From the NCBI GenBank assembly GCA_951406725.2, contig OX597829.1:23002001-23066000 (forward strand): 64,000 nt of DNA. The letters run 5' to 3'. Positions 12,925 through 26,944 of this stretch are shown piece by piece. The number at the start of each line of letters is the position of its first letter. Position 1 is the first letter of the stretch. The DNA comes from Octopus vulgaris (lineage: Eukaryota). A program made the position numbers and the translations under genes. The notes under the pieces were generated by a model. It saw only the letters and a list, made by a program, of their open reading frames with translations. It searched no databases and was not told where the DNA came from.

Positions 12925-14118
12925 TTAAATTTCCATAAAGGCATGATACAGAGTAGCTTGCGGGCTGGACAGAAACATTGAAGAAATGAATGATGAAATA
13001 AAATGATATTAATGGGAGAAGACAAAAAACGCCCGCCGATTTTTTGCTTCTCTAAAACATTTTTTTCACACAAAAAACAAACCGAGGTATTGAACCGCTT
13101 ACTTCCGTTTTTACAATTTTTGGACTTAATAGTCCATTTACAAATTGAGGCGTTGAGCCTCTTACACAATTAAACGTTATAACACTGAGGCTTTTCAACC
13201 TCTTGTCAATTTTCCTCCCCAATATCGCTTGTGCCCGTATACTCCGCTATTACCCACGCATCGTTTAAAACCAAGGCGGGCTCTGAGTCGGCGTTGCCCG
13301 GCCACAAGCGATATTCCTCTTTGAGTCCCTCCAGCCTACGTATCACGGGCAACGTTATGGCCTCCACAGCTATCTGCGGAGGCCATTCGGGTTCCGGTTG
13401 AAAGTTAAAGGTATTCCCTTATAGTGTTTTTCCACCACCTTTTCTACCCCTCCACCTCTGGCGGCACAATTCCTGCCAACGGTGTCTCTTTCTCTGCCGG
13501 TGGCACAACCGACGAGGTTACAACTTCCTCTGTCGGTGGCATGATTCCCACTGAAGAGGCACTGTCCCATTCTTTTTTCTCTTTTTCTTTTTTTATCTTT
13601 GGTGCGGGAGGGGTTGGCTCCGTCGCCATAACTGCAGGAACCTCGCTTCCTCCCACAACCTCGGGATCCCTCGGAGAACAATAATTGTTGATCCTCTTCT
13701 TCCTTTTTCTCCCCTTTTTTCGGGGGAGGTCACTCTCTCCACCCGGAGGAAGAGGGGGTTCTTCCACAACTAATTGCTCCAGGACCCTGCTCTGGTCCTT
13801 GGGACAGTTCTTCTTAATGTGGCCAGGCTCCAGGCACTGATGACATTTGGTGGGGAGGGGGCGCCTCTCAAGAACCACCGGATACCTGGATCTGGCCATT
13901 CTAAAAAAATCTGGGAACACCAGATCATCAGTTGATTAGGTCCATAGGGTCAAAACTGCTTTTGACCCCAACCAATCAGCCGCAGGCATCATTTTAACAT
14001 TCAAGAGCTTAGCTCCGCTTCCACCCAGACCCCGTCGATTAGTGTCCTCTATCCACTCGGGCTCAATTCCGAGTGGCAGCCCACACACCCAAGCTCTTGT
14101 CAATTTCCTCCCACGATA
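12925..14118 (-). mobile_element. Tx1/L1-clade LINE ORF1 (gag-like) fragment
   Basis: CCHC knuckle CHQCLEPGHIKKNC in ORF 13444-13920; upstream YRGRKLTRAWVCGLPLGIEPEWI is RRM-like. Disrupted reading frame. Clade assignment rests partly on neighbouring Tx1 ORF2 pieces. Confidence 0.7.
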
Positions 14119-14133
14119 TGTATATATATATAT

Positions 14134-14191
<58 letters not shown>

Positions 14192-14197
<6 letters not shown>

Positions 14198-14342
14198 TGG
14201 GAATAAATCCAAACTTACAGGGAAAAATTAGATTTGGGATTAAATCCAATTTTATAGTATAAATATATTATATTATATTATATTATATTAAATTAGAGAT
14301 AAAACCACTATTAGGCTATCAAACAGTGGAAAACATAAGCCA
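14192..14342. mobile_element. (TA)n-embedded short repeat, homologous to 52372-52485
   Basis: Shared blocks GGGAATAAATCCAAA.TTACA.GGAAAAAT.AGATTT and AAATTAGAGA.AAAACCACTA. Confidence 0.65.
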
Positions 14343-14359
14343 TATATATATATATATAC

Positions 14360-14735
14360 CATTACTTGTATCAGTTATTAGACTACGGCCATGCTGGGGC
14401 ACCACCTTCAAGTCTTTTTAGTCCAATGAATTGGCCCCAGTATTTTTTCTAAAAGCTTTGCACTTATTCTACAAACTAAGTTACGGAGACGTAAACACAC
14501 AAACACCGGTTGTCAAACGGTGGTGGGCGAAAAACACAGACATGAAGACACACACACATGCACACACACATTTACATATACATACACGACTGGCTTCTTT
14601 TAGCTTTCATCTACCAAATTCACTCAATGTTTATTTGGCCGAGGCTTTATTAAGAGACACCTGCATAAGGTTCCACATAGTGGGATTGAATATGGGACCC
14701 TGAAGCTGGGAAGCAAGTTTCTTATCATACAGCCA
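14360..14735 (-). mobile_element. SINE family B, old diverged copy
   Basis: Degenerate homology along its length. Confidence 0.75.
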
Positions 14736-15362
14736 CTAGTTTACTGTTTTGTTAGTACTCCATCCAGTGAGGGATAGATATCTTTTAATATACACAGTAT
14801 AAAGATACCAGCTACAAATAGTTACTTGCTTTGGAGACACGTATCTAAGCTGGTTTTTATAATACGCTTTGTATCTTGAAGTAATTTTCAGGCTCTGAGC
14901 ACATTGTCTATTCTATTTGAAAAACAGAACGCTTGTACATGAAAAGATCACAAGAAAAAACGAGAAGGTTGATGCAAAAAGTGGACGGGTGAAAAATTGG
15001 AAAAGAAAGAAAACTGGAGTTACCTCCCCAAGGGCGATAAAAGTCATAATTGAACTAGTTGAAGAATAGATAAACGGTGTGGGGTCCAAAGTCTGCGAGA
15101 CAGCTGCTCAATCCTGAGAGGGTGGTGTTCTCCAGTTCGCCAAAAAAATAAATAAATAAATAAATAATAATAAATTTGGTAAAAATTTTGGTTCTGGAAT
15201 TTAGGAGTGCAACGGAATCCTTTGATCGAAAAAGAATGCGTTATCTTTCAGCAAAGCTTAAGTTGCGTTTATTAGATCCATTTACACATGACAGGGATTT
15301 TCCCTACGATTCTCCATTTGAATGTGTCGACCACCAGATAACCATACAATAAAAAAAAACAA

Positions 15363-15900
15363 TCATCATTATCATTGTCGTCGTCTTCTTCTTCTTCTTC
15401 TTCGTCGTCATCATCATCATCATTCTCATCCTCATCAACGTCGTCATTGTCCTCGTATCATCATTGTCAACACACCATCAACTTTTCGTCCTCCTTCCTT
15501 CCTCTCCTCCTGCACATCCCCTCCTCCTCCTCCTCCTCATCATCATCATCGACGTGGTGGTCGTCGTAGTTGTCATCATTATCATCATTATTTTCACCAT
15601 CGTCGTCACTGTCGTCGTTTTCGTCATCGTCATCATCACCACCACCACCACCACCACCACCACCACCATCGCCACCATCATTATTATCGTCGTCATCATC
15701 ATCATCATCATCACCATCATTACCATCATCGTCATCGTTGACGTCATTTTTGTCGTCGTCGTTTTCGTCGTTATCACCGCTATCATCAACAACAATAATC
15801 ACCACAGTAACAACAACAACAACAACAACAACAACGACAATAGCAACAATAACAACGGCAACAACCACAACAGCAACAACAACAACATCAATGATAACAG
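15363..15900. repeat. Mixed trinucleotide low-complexity tract (CAT/CGT/CAC/AAC)
   Basis: Directly visible. Confidence 0.9.
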
Positions 15901-15918
15901 CCAGGAAGAAACTTATCC

Positions 15919-16145
15919 GGCAAGCTGGCAGAAACGTTAGCACGCCAAGCGAAATGCTTAGCGGTATTTTGTCCGCCGTTACGTTCTGAGTTCAAATTCC
16001 GCCGAGGTCGATTTTGCATTTCATCCTTTCGGGGTCGATAAATTAAGTACCAGTTTCGCACTGGGGTCGATGTAATCGACTTAATCCCTTTGTCTGTCCT
16101 TGTTTGTCCCCTCTATGTTTAGCCCCTTGTGGGTAATAAAGAAAT
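15919..16145 (+). mobile_element. SINE family A, full length
   Basis: Head, B-box, central domain and tail TTAGCCCCTTGTGGGTAATAAAGAAAT. Confidence 0.9.
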
Positions 16146-16529
16146 TAAGAAACTTCTCCGTGGTCGCATGAACTGCTAGAAATCGCAGCCAGATCTCTCT
16201 CATATCTCATCCTTAGAGACTTAAATATGATAGCAAGATAACACTGGGAACTATTATCTTGGATACAATATGCTTCGAACGAAAAGTGCCTGTCAAGGAC
16301 TGGAATACGTTTTGATGGAAGGCCTGCTTCCTCCATGAGAGATGTCTCAGGGTTAAACAAGAACCAGAAACCAGGATTTCCTCGTCTTTCAGCCAATGTA
16401 AACAATTAACTTCCTTTCATCCTATTTGAAAAATGTCACTTTTTCAAATACTTGTATGACCTGTGATTCTATAAAAATAAATAACCACGGCAGGCGTACA
16501 TATGGTAATACAATTATGTGTGTGCGTGT

Positions 16530-16572
<43 letters not shown>

Positions 16573-16596
16573 AATATATATATATATATATTATAA

Positions 16597-16655
<59 letters not shown>

Positions 16656-16954
16656 CTTATGTGTGTGTGTTTTTGTGCGTATGCGTGTGTGTACGTGTGT
16701 GCGTGTATGTGTGTGTTGTGCATGTGTGCATGTATGTACCTATATATATATATATATGCGTGTGTGTGTGTGTGTGTGTGTGTAAGTATGTATGTATGCA
16801 TGTATGTATATGTGTACAATTCAGACACGCGCATACATAGAAGTGTGTGTGAGTGTGTGTGTGTGTGTGTGTAGCTAGCAAGCCAGCTAGATAGATAGAC
16901 AGACAGATATATATATTGATAGACAGAAAGATAGATAGATAGATAGATAGATAT

Positions 16955-17020
<66 letters not shown>

Positions 17021-17021
<1 letters not shown>

Positions 17022-17217
17022 TGTTTCTTTATTAGCCACACAGGGCTGCACACAGATAGAACAAATTACAAGGTAGAGCTTTTCTTTTGAAGGTTTAAAA
17101 AAAAAAAAAAAAAAAAAAGGAAGGGGGAGTTTCGATCAAAAGGGATCGTAAAAGGAGAGAAAGAGGACAAAAAAAAGGGGGGTAAAAAAAAAGGGGGAGA
17201 GGAAAAAAAAAAAAAAA

Positions 17218-17220
<3 letters not shown>
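17021..17220 (-). mobile_element. Tx1-clade LINE 3' terminus, short copy in (GATA)n
   Basis: Nearly identical to 17753-17960. Confidence 0.85.
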
Positions 17221-17752
<532 letters not shown>

Positions 17753-17754
<2 letters not shown>

Positions 17755-17825
17755 TGTTTCTTTATTAGCCACACAGGGCTGCACACAGATAGAACAAATT
17801 ACAAGGTAGAGCTTTTCTTTTGAAT

Positions 17826-17861
<36 letters not shown>

Positions 17862-17941
17862 GGGGGGTTTCGATCAAAAGGGATCGTAAAAGGAGAGAAG
17901 GAGGACAAAAAAAGGGGGGTTAAAAAAAGGGGGAGAGGAAG

Positions 17942-17974
<33 letters not shown>

Positions 17975-18740
17975 ATAAATAGGGATCGTTATAAAAGAAA
18001 TGTAAATATGAAGTGTAAAGGGGAGGACAGGTGAGGTTTACCCGTGGAAAGAAAAGCCTACGGAAAAGACCACGGTAACCTCGGTCAATGAAGTCACATT
18101 TTATATTTCTTTTTTTTTTTTTTTTTTTTTTGCAAATAAGCAACTCTCTGTTTTCGATTTCTGGGTTCATAGGACTATGCTCAAGGTGGCTTCGTCATTC
18201 ATACGTGCCATTCTTGCTACATTCACCCATCTTTTTTTAAAACATTCGCTAGACAAAACTTGCCTCTCTACTCTCACTTTCCTTTTCAAGTGGTACTTGA
18301 AGAAGTTGATGAGAGATTGACCAGAGAGGAAAGTGTTTGTCTCCAATCCTTTCAGACGCGTCCACCAGATACATTCTTTCGCCATAGCCACAAGGATGAT
18401 GAAAATAGCTCTTCCTTCCCGTTTGAAGGAAGGAGGCGTGACAATATTGACGATAGACTCAGCTGATAAACCGACTCGTCCCACACGTGACAGCAGTTGT
18501 TCGACATAAGCCCACAGGTCGGAAATTGTTGGACACTGAACGAGTGCGTGCAGAACGGTTTCGTCGCTCTGACCGCATCTCGGGCAGGTCGGCCCCGTGT
18601 TTCTCGAGTCGTGTCTGTAGAGCTTATCCCGAACGGGTAGCGCTTCTCGGTAGCACTGCCAGGCCAGGGATCTCTGGAAGTTGTCCATGGGCCCTGGCCC
18701 GAAAGTCGTCCTGAACAGGCGGGTCAGGTACTCCTCGTCG
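17753..18740 (-). mobile_element. Tx1/L1-clade LINE 3' fragment in (GATA)n
   Basis: ORF 18167-18688 reads LAWQCYREALPV..CPRCGQSDETVLHALVQC..IWWTR, the zf-RVT-type C-terminus. The T-rich 3'UTR ends AATAAAGAAAC followed by (TATC)n; (GATA)n lies on both sides. Confidence 0.88.
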
Positions 18741-18773
18741 ATAGATAGATAGATAGATAGATGGATAGATGAT

Positions 18774-18931
<158 letters not shown>

Positions 18932-18958
18932 GATAGATAGATAGATAGATAGATAGAC

Positions 18959-19032
<74 letters not shown>

Positions 19033-19055
19033 GTGTATATTCATGTGTTGGTATA

Positions 19056-19260
19056 CAGTAATCCCTCGACTATCGCGGATGTTACCTTCCCAAACCTCCG
19101 CAATAGGTGAAAACCCGCGATAGGTGAAAACCCGCGAAGTAGAAAAAGTAGAAATTTTATTTTCATTATTTTTAAAATTTGTATATATTTATTTTATTAT
19201 AAATGCAAAATACCACAGAGGAATCGACGTAAACTTAAATAATAAACTGCGATATGGCGA
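19056..19260. mobile_element. Tigger-derived MITE, right TIR truncated
   Basis: TA followed by CAGTAATCCCTCGACTATCGCG matches the left end of 34946-37603. It ends GCGATATGGCGA, like that element's right TIR. Confidence 0.8.
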
Positions 19261-19327
19261 CCTCGTGTGTACCGTTGGCGATTTTTTTCCCTCTGTCTTC
19301 CCTTCTCTGGATCTTTCCTTCTCCTAT

Positions 19328-19362
19328 GTTTCTGACGAAGAGCTCCGCTCGAAACGTTAAAC
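19328..19362 (+). ncRNA. Minimal type I hammerhead ribozyme motif (Penelope-style)
   Basis: GUUU-CUGACGA-A-GAGC(ucc)GCUC-GAA-ACGU-U-AAAC. Intact core, 4-bp stems I and II, palindromic stem III. Confidence 0.6.
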
Positions 19363-19549
19363 CCTCCTTCTATCCTTCTTTCCTGAGCGTCCAATAATAC
19401 TATATTTGTTCCACGTCCTGGCGTTGTTGTGTTTTTTTGTGCTTTCTTGTTTGGATTAAGCCACCTCAGGTCTCATGGCGGTAGTTCCATCAGATGATGT
19501 CAGTTGGTCATCTTCGAACCGAAGGGCGAACATTATTATATTATATATA

Positions 19550-19790
19550 TATCTTTTATCGTTTTTATCTTTTACTTGTTTCATTCATTAGACTACGACC
19601 ATCATTGGGCGTTGCCTTGAATTTTTAGTCGAACAAACTGACTACAGTACAAGTTTTTTTTAAAATCCTGATACTTATTCTATCGGTCTTTTTTTTTCCG
19701 AAACGCTAAAATACGGGGTCGTAAACACAGCAAGCTGGGGACAAATACAGACACGCACAATGACACACTCGCACTCACACGCACACATGC
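19550..19790 (-). mobile_element. SINE family B, diverged 3' half
   Basis: TTTTACTTGTTTCATTCATTAGACT..TTATTCTATCGGTCTT. Confidence 0.7.
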
Positions 19791-19794
19791 GTGC

Positions 19795-19829
<35 letters not shown>

Positions 19830-19868
19830 TAAAAAATGGAGTTAACGCAGGTTTAAACAAGTATTTTT

Positions 19869-19954
19869 ACTTTCGACACATGTTTCGAAAATTCCACTGA
19901 TACTATTCAAAAGAATAAATGGTATAAACAATGCAATCTTCTCTTCGGGAAAGT
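19869..19954 (-). ncRNA. Degenerate hammerhead motif with long stem II
   Basis: ACUUUC-CCGAAGA-GAAGAUU...AAUUUUC-GAAACAUGUGUC-GAAAGU, with a U4>C change in the core. Confidence 0.5.
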
Positions 19955-20091
19955 GAAAAAAACGAAACTCGTCAATACGACATTTTAGCAAAAAAATGAT
20001 GGATTTGTATAGCGATAGACAGAACGCTATTAATATTGTTTAAAAAAACGTTATATGATATAACGTCATAAGTAGCTAACAGAAAGAGAGC

Positions 20092-20850
20092 CACTGAGAG
20101 CCGCGGCAGCCCGTCGAGGTAGGATGTGAAATCCATCCTGCGACCCGGCTCACCGCTATTCCCGAACATTTGAGCAAAGCGCCGCTGAAAGGCCGCACAC
20201 ATCTGTTTCGGAACAGTTATCATTTGCCCGTCGTGGTCCGACAACGATCGAATCCAGGATTTATTGCTATGCTGTGCCTCATCCACTCGGGCCCATTCAA
20301 CGACTTTCGTCCCTTCGTGTCTAAGTGCTCATGCCTTAGCTCTGACAACGCAACCTTCGTGTTTCGCGTTGAAGAATTGGTCGAGTGCCAATCTCGCTGC
20401 GAGCTCGTCGGTCGCGATGCCTTTCCGAAAAGCCTCATCAAACTCTTTGACTAGTTCTGCCCCTACTGTTTCTTTCTACTGCTAGTCCTTTGCAAGACCT
20501 TATAGATTCTATTCTAATCGCCCTTTTCAGGGCGAACCATAATTTATTCTGGATTATTGCTGCCTTAACTTGTTCACTTATCCGGTATCTGAAATCTTTA
20601 CGCGTCGGCAACGAGGTGTTCAGTTTCAAGTAACCGGGTTCCTGTCTATGAAGCCTATCTAAGTCGACTGTACTGATCACGGATTTGTGGTCTGTGTAGT
20701 CGGCTACTTTAAATTGTGGACAACTTAGGCTATCCTTATCTGCTACTCTACAGAATACCCTACTACCTAGATACGTTCTGGATGACCCGATGTTGTTTGA
20801 TCAGGTCTACGCTGGCATATCAGCGAAATCCAATCGATACCTGTCAATAA
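20092..20850 (-). mobile_element. Tx1/L1-clade ORF2 fragment (end of AP endonuclease plus linker)
   Basis: DRYRLD..SRTYL..YTDHKSV..GYLKLNTSL correspond to the SRID / SDH / WKLN motifs, followed by WIRSLSDHDG. Contains stops and frameshifts. Confidence 0.8.
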
Positions 20851-20924
20851 CAGGAAGTATTTTGAATTGATAAAATTTTGCTGAATCTTATCTAATGGCT
20901 GTTTTACTGAAAATAACATTTATG

Positions 20925-21236
20925 GTGGCGTAGCTGTGAGGGTGCGGCGACTGTTGGCGATAAAGCTGTTGTTTGTAATTGTTGCTGTTGTTGATGGTGG
21001 TGTGGTGGCGGTGGTGCAGGTGCTGGTGGAGCTGGTGGTGGTGGTGGTGGTGGTGGTGGTGTAAGTGATGTTCGTTGGTAGTGGTGAAGTTGTTAGTGGT
21101 GATGTTCTTGGTGGTGTGGTGTGGTGTGGTAGTAGTTGTGATGGGTGTTGTTGTTAAGGTGATGGCAGAGTTGCTGTTGTTAGTGTTGTTGTCGGTGGTT
21201 GTATTATCATTATCATGATTACCATCATCCTCCTCC

Positions 21237-21267
<31 letters not shown>

Positions 21268-21291
21268 AATTATTATTATTATTATTATTAT

Positions 21292-21329
<38 letters not shown>

Positions 21330-21541
21330 TGGGGGTGAAGATGGTAGTAGTGGTGGTGGTAGTTGTAGTTGTTATGATAGCGATAGTGTGGGTAGTGGTG
21401 GTGGTGTTGGTGGTGGTGGTGAGGTAATGTTGCTGATGATGCTCCGGCAGTCCCAACATGGACTGCAACTCAACACTGACAGTAATAGTACTGCAGCTGC
21501 TCATGCTGTTGCTGTTGCTTCTGCTACTGCTGTTGCTGCTG

Positions 21542-21595
<54 letters not shown>

Positions 21596-21660
21596 GTAGT
21601 ATTATTACTACTACTGCCGCTAACCATCCACCGCCAACACCACCAACACCACTACTACCA
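20925..21660. repeat. Mixed trinucleotide low-complexity tract
   Basis: GGT/CAT/TAG/CTA runs. Confidence 0.9.
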
Positions 21661-21679
21661 ATGCCAGTGCACGCGCGCT

Positions 21680-22439
<760 letters not shown>

Positions 22440-22849
22440 GTATGTATGTATGCATACACGTCCTATATTTGTATTCGATGTTTATCCAAAGTCATTGCAG
22501 TTTTTATTAGACATCTACTCTTGTAATTTGTACCTCAAATGTGTTGTAGTTTTGTACCTTCAATTATCCTTCAAACACCTCCGTGTGAAACAATCAACAT
22601 GTCATCTGGTCACCACTGAACCCGTTATCCTAGAGATGTGAAATGACGATAAGTGAATGAATAAATCTCTAAGTATTTCCTCTAAGTATTTAAGACAACA
22701 CTAAAATTATTGTTATATTTGGGAATGGTCATTTTTACCAATAAACAAACGCAATATTTAGTTGATCTTGCGCGACATATGTAGCATAAGCTGGCAAGAT
22801 AAGACTAAATCCAATGACTAAATGTCTCAGAAAAAGGATATTTTTCTAG

Positions 22850-23729
22850 TATCGAAAGCATGTTGATGAAAATTCAGTGCAGATGGACAGGACATGTTCG
22901 AATGAGAAATGACCGCATTCCGAAAATGGTTCTGTAAGACCAACAAGTGGAGGGATACCGCGACAAAGGAAGACCAGTTCTTAGGTATAAGGATAAGTTG
23001 AAGCAATCGTTAAAATCTCAACAGCTTAACATGACATCTTAGAAAATTCATTGCCTAGATTGACCTGCAATGGCGTAAAATGACTGACGATACATCAAAA
23101 CAATTTGAGTTGAAGAAAAAGAACAATAGAAGAACTATATCAACAGACGCAGGAGTGGCTGTGTGGTAAGTAGCTTGTTTACCAAGCACATGGTTCCGGG
23201 TTCAGTTCCACTGCGTGGCACCTTGGGCATGTGTCTTCTACTATAGCCTCGGGCCGACCAAAGCCCTGTGAGTGGATTTGGTAGACGGAAACTGAAAGAA
23301 GCTCGTCGTATATATGTATATATATATGAGTGTATGTGCGTCTGTGTTTGTCCCCCTAGCATTGCTTGACAACCGATGCTGGTGTGTTTATGTCCCCGTT
23401 ACTTAGCGGTTCGGCAAAAGAGACCGATAGAATAAGTACTGGGCTTACAAAAGAATAAGTCCTGGGATCGAATTGCTCGATTAAAGGAGGTGCTCCAGCA
23501 TGGCCGCAGTCAAATGACTGAAACAAGTAAAAGAGTAAAGAGTAAAAGAGAGACACATTTGTCCAATTCCAGGCTAAATCAAAATTATCAATGTCCCCAT
23601 TGTGACTTCATAGCAAAATCCATTCCTGGATTGAAATCACATTCACGCAACCATCGCAAACAGATGCAGCTCCTTACTGTTTTTCTTTTTTTCTTTATTT
23701 TCTTCCTTCTTTCTTTCCTTCCTTCCTTC

Positions 23730-23760
<31 letters not shown>

Positions 23761-23848
23761 TTTTTCTTCTTTCTATTACTCTCTTTAACATTACTCCTCT
23801 CCTTCACTCATACGTCGAAACCGACGGGAGCGACCGTCATCATCGTCA

Positions 23849-23850
<2 letters not shown>
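22850..23850 (+). mobile_element. RTE (BovB-like) LINE 3' fragment split by a SINE
   Basis: IESMLMKIQCRWTGHVRMRNDRIPKMVL..KGRPVLRYKDKLK, then after the SINE the C2H2 finger CPHCDFIAKSIPGLKSHSRNH. Ends CGAAACCGACGG..(CAT)n. Confidence 0.8.
23146..23552 (+). mobile_element. SINE family B, full length, nested in the RTE fragment
   Basis: Complete head to tail. Confidence 0.92.
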
Positions 23851-23911
<61 letters not shown>

Positions 23912-23914
23912 TAC

Positions 23915-23963
<49 letters not shown>

Positions 23964-24046
23964 ATATGAAAACTCACAGCTTATTTTGCTGTGTAATAGG
24001 AAATTAAATAATGATAAGTTCACTGCTCAATTTTCCGTTCTTTTGT

Positions 24047-24123
<77 letters not shown>

Positions 24124-24469
24124 ACTGGACTGGCTTCTTTCAGATTTTGTTTTCCGAATCCACTGACAAGGCTTTGGTTCGCCCAGAACTATAGTAGAAC
24201 ACCCTTGCCCAAGGTGCCACACTGTGGGACTGAACTCAGTCGGGAAACAAACTTATCTGACGATTAGAAATCAAATCAATAAATGCTATAGGGAGCTCTG
24301 ACCTTTTCAAGGATTCTATCCAAGATAGCTAATTTGTCTGCCACGTTTCGTGAATTAATGCAGTGTTCTTGAAAGAAGCAGAATATTACATGCATTGATG
24401 ACTCCATTCGTTCTCCGTCGTGATTCTAAATAGCTATGGCTGTTTAGAATCATAATTTATCAAAAGAAA

Positions 24470-24840
24470 ATTTAATTAATTGATTGTCTGGTTAATTTTT
24501 CTGTCAGTCAATCAGGTAGGCTAATCAATTGACAAATAATAAGAGAAGTTAAACAGAACCAGTGCGTGTGTTCATTATTGGCATAATAACCCTCCCAAGA
24601 ATCAACAAATCGTCATTTATTTAACAGATTAGTCACTTGATTATTTAATTAATTGTTTGGTCAGTCAATTAGGGAGGTTAACCAATTGGCTAATAATAAT
24701 GAAAGAAGTGTAACAAAACCAGTGCGTGTGCTTATAATGAGCATAATGACCCTCCCAAGATTGCCTTTTATTTAACAAATTTATTTATGCATTGTTTGAT
24801 TATTTGTTTGGTCAATCAATAAGATAGGCTACTCAATTGT

Positions 24841-24845
<5 letters not shown>
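24470..24845 (+). repeat. ~160-bp degenerate tandem repeat; unit 3 resumes at 27210-27275
   Basis: Shared GTCA.TCAAT.AG..AGG.TA..CAATTG and GAAGT..AACA.AACCA.T.CGTG..ATAAT.AC.CTCCCAA blocks. Confidence 0.75.
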
Positions 24846-24928
<83 letters not shown>

Positions 24929-24944
24929 TAATAACAATAATAAC

Positions 24945-24980
<36 letters not shown>

Positions 24981-24982
<2 letters not shown>

Positions 24983-26944
24983 ACAGAAAGGATGTAAACG
25001 TGGATCCTACGATTGTAAAGATCAACTACTCATCAATAAGATGATCTTAGAAGATTGTCACAAACGACACAAAAACTTATCAATAGCCTGGATAGACTAT
25101 AAAAAGGCTTTTGATAGCCTACCACATAGCTGGATTAAGAAATGCCTAGAAATGTATAAGATAGCACCTACTCTGCGAAACTTTTTGCCTGTAAGTATGA
25201 GATCATGGAGAACCACACTAACTTTGAACAGTGACAATGAATCTCTAAATGCTGGTGATGTAAACATTTCATGTGGCATTTTCCAGGGTGACTCACTATC
25301 ACCACTCCTCTTCTGTTTATCCTTAGTACCTCTCTCAAAACCGCTCAATGACGCGCAGTACGAATATAAAATGTTTGATAAAAATATAAATAATCTCATT
25401 TACATGGATGATTTAAAGCTCTTTGCAAAAAATGACAAACAACTCAAGGGCTTACTAGCGATTGTCAAACAACTCAGTGATGACATCAGAATGCAATTTG
25501 GCCTCGATAAATGTGCAAAAGCTACCTTTATCAAAGGAAAAATGACAGAAACATCTAACGTTAACCTTGACCAGTAGAATGTCATAAAAGAATTAGACCC
25601 AGCGGAGAACTTCAAGTATCTAGGGATAATTGAAGGGGACGGAATAAGGCATTCAGAGATGAAGGAAAGGATCAGGAGAGAATGTTATCGCAGAGTAAGA
25701 GCAATACTCAAGACAGAGCTGAATGCGAGAAACAGGATCGAAGCGATCAACGCATTAGCCATACCAGTCGTGACTTACAGTTTCAATATCGTTAACTGGT
25801 CAATTACTGAAATATGTAATCTTGACAGAAAAATACGAAAACTGTTGGCAATGCATAGAATGCACCACCCTAAGGCAGATACAGAACGACTTTATCTGCC
25901 AAGAAAAGAGGGAGGCCGTGGACTTTTACAACTGGCAATAACAATGAAGATTGCTACAATTGAACTAGACACCTACCTGAAAAACTCTGAGGACTGGATG
26001 TTAAAACTTGCCTCAAAACATGAAAACAAGAAAGCATCATACTCAGTAACAAAACAGGCAAAGGAATATCTAAGTGAATTCCGAATACAACAAATTTCGG
26101 AATTAGAGATAGACATACAAGAAACAAGCACAGAAAAAGCTAAGCGCATGAAAACCCGTGTTAAAAATGCGGCCTTAGATATTCTGAATGATAAATGGCA
26201 AGAAAAACCTCTCTATGGCAAATACCCAAAGAGAGCGAATAATGCAGATGTTGACAAAGCCCTAACCCATCAACTCTGGCTTAAAATCCGAAACAGAGGG
26301 ATTTATCATAGCAGCTCAAGATCAATGCCTACCAACAAGAAAATACCAGGCCAACATATTAAAGAACGGCAGTAGCCCAACATGTCGTGTATGTCAGCAA
26401 CAAAATGAAACCATTGATCATGTCTCCAAGTGCAGTCTTCTAGCGCCTACAGAGTATCTCAACAGGCATGATAGAGCTGCGCAATATATTCACTGCGTAA
26501 TCTGCAAAAACCTGGATTTGCCCCATGAAAAAACTGGTGGGAACACAAACCACCCCCAGTGCTTGAAAATGACCACATCTCACTCCTCTGGAACTTCCCC
26601 ATTCAAACTGCAGAAAGATAGATGCAAATAGGCCAGACATCATATTGAAAGACTTCAAATAAAGAACATGTCTCCTCATTGATATGACTGTCCCAATCGA
26701 TATAAACGTATCTGTAAAGACCTACCAAAAATTGAGCAAATATAAAGATCTTGAAATAGAAGTCAGCAAAATGTGGAACCTGAAGACTAAAACAATACCT
26801 GTTGTCATAGGTGCCCTGGGAATGATAGCAAAAGGGGCTGATTGCTACCTAACTCAGATACCAAGAAACCCCAAAATGGCAGAAATTCAAAAGATAGTGC
26901 GCATGGGAACTGCTCGTATCCTACGCAAAATACTTTCTATGTAA
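24981..26944 (+). pseudogene. Disrupted Dong RT-REL reading frame
   Basis: In-frame stop at 25575-25577, plus several frameshifts and stops after ~26270. Confidence 0.9.

Noticed and set aside
23588-23660. C2H2 zinc-finger gene exon
   Set aside because: It is a single finger continuing the RTE ORF C-terminus across a SINE insertion.
24421-24452. 14-bp hairpin TGATTCTAAATAGC-tatg-GCTGTTTAGAATCA
   Set aside because: Too short for a pre-miRNA, isolated, and with no supporting context.
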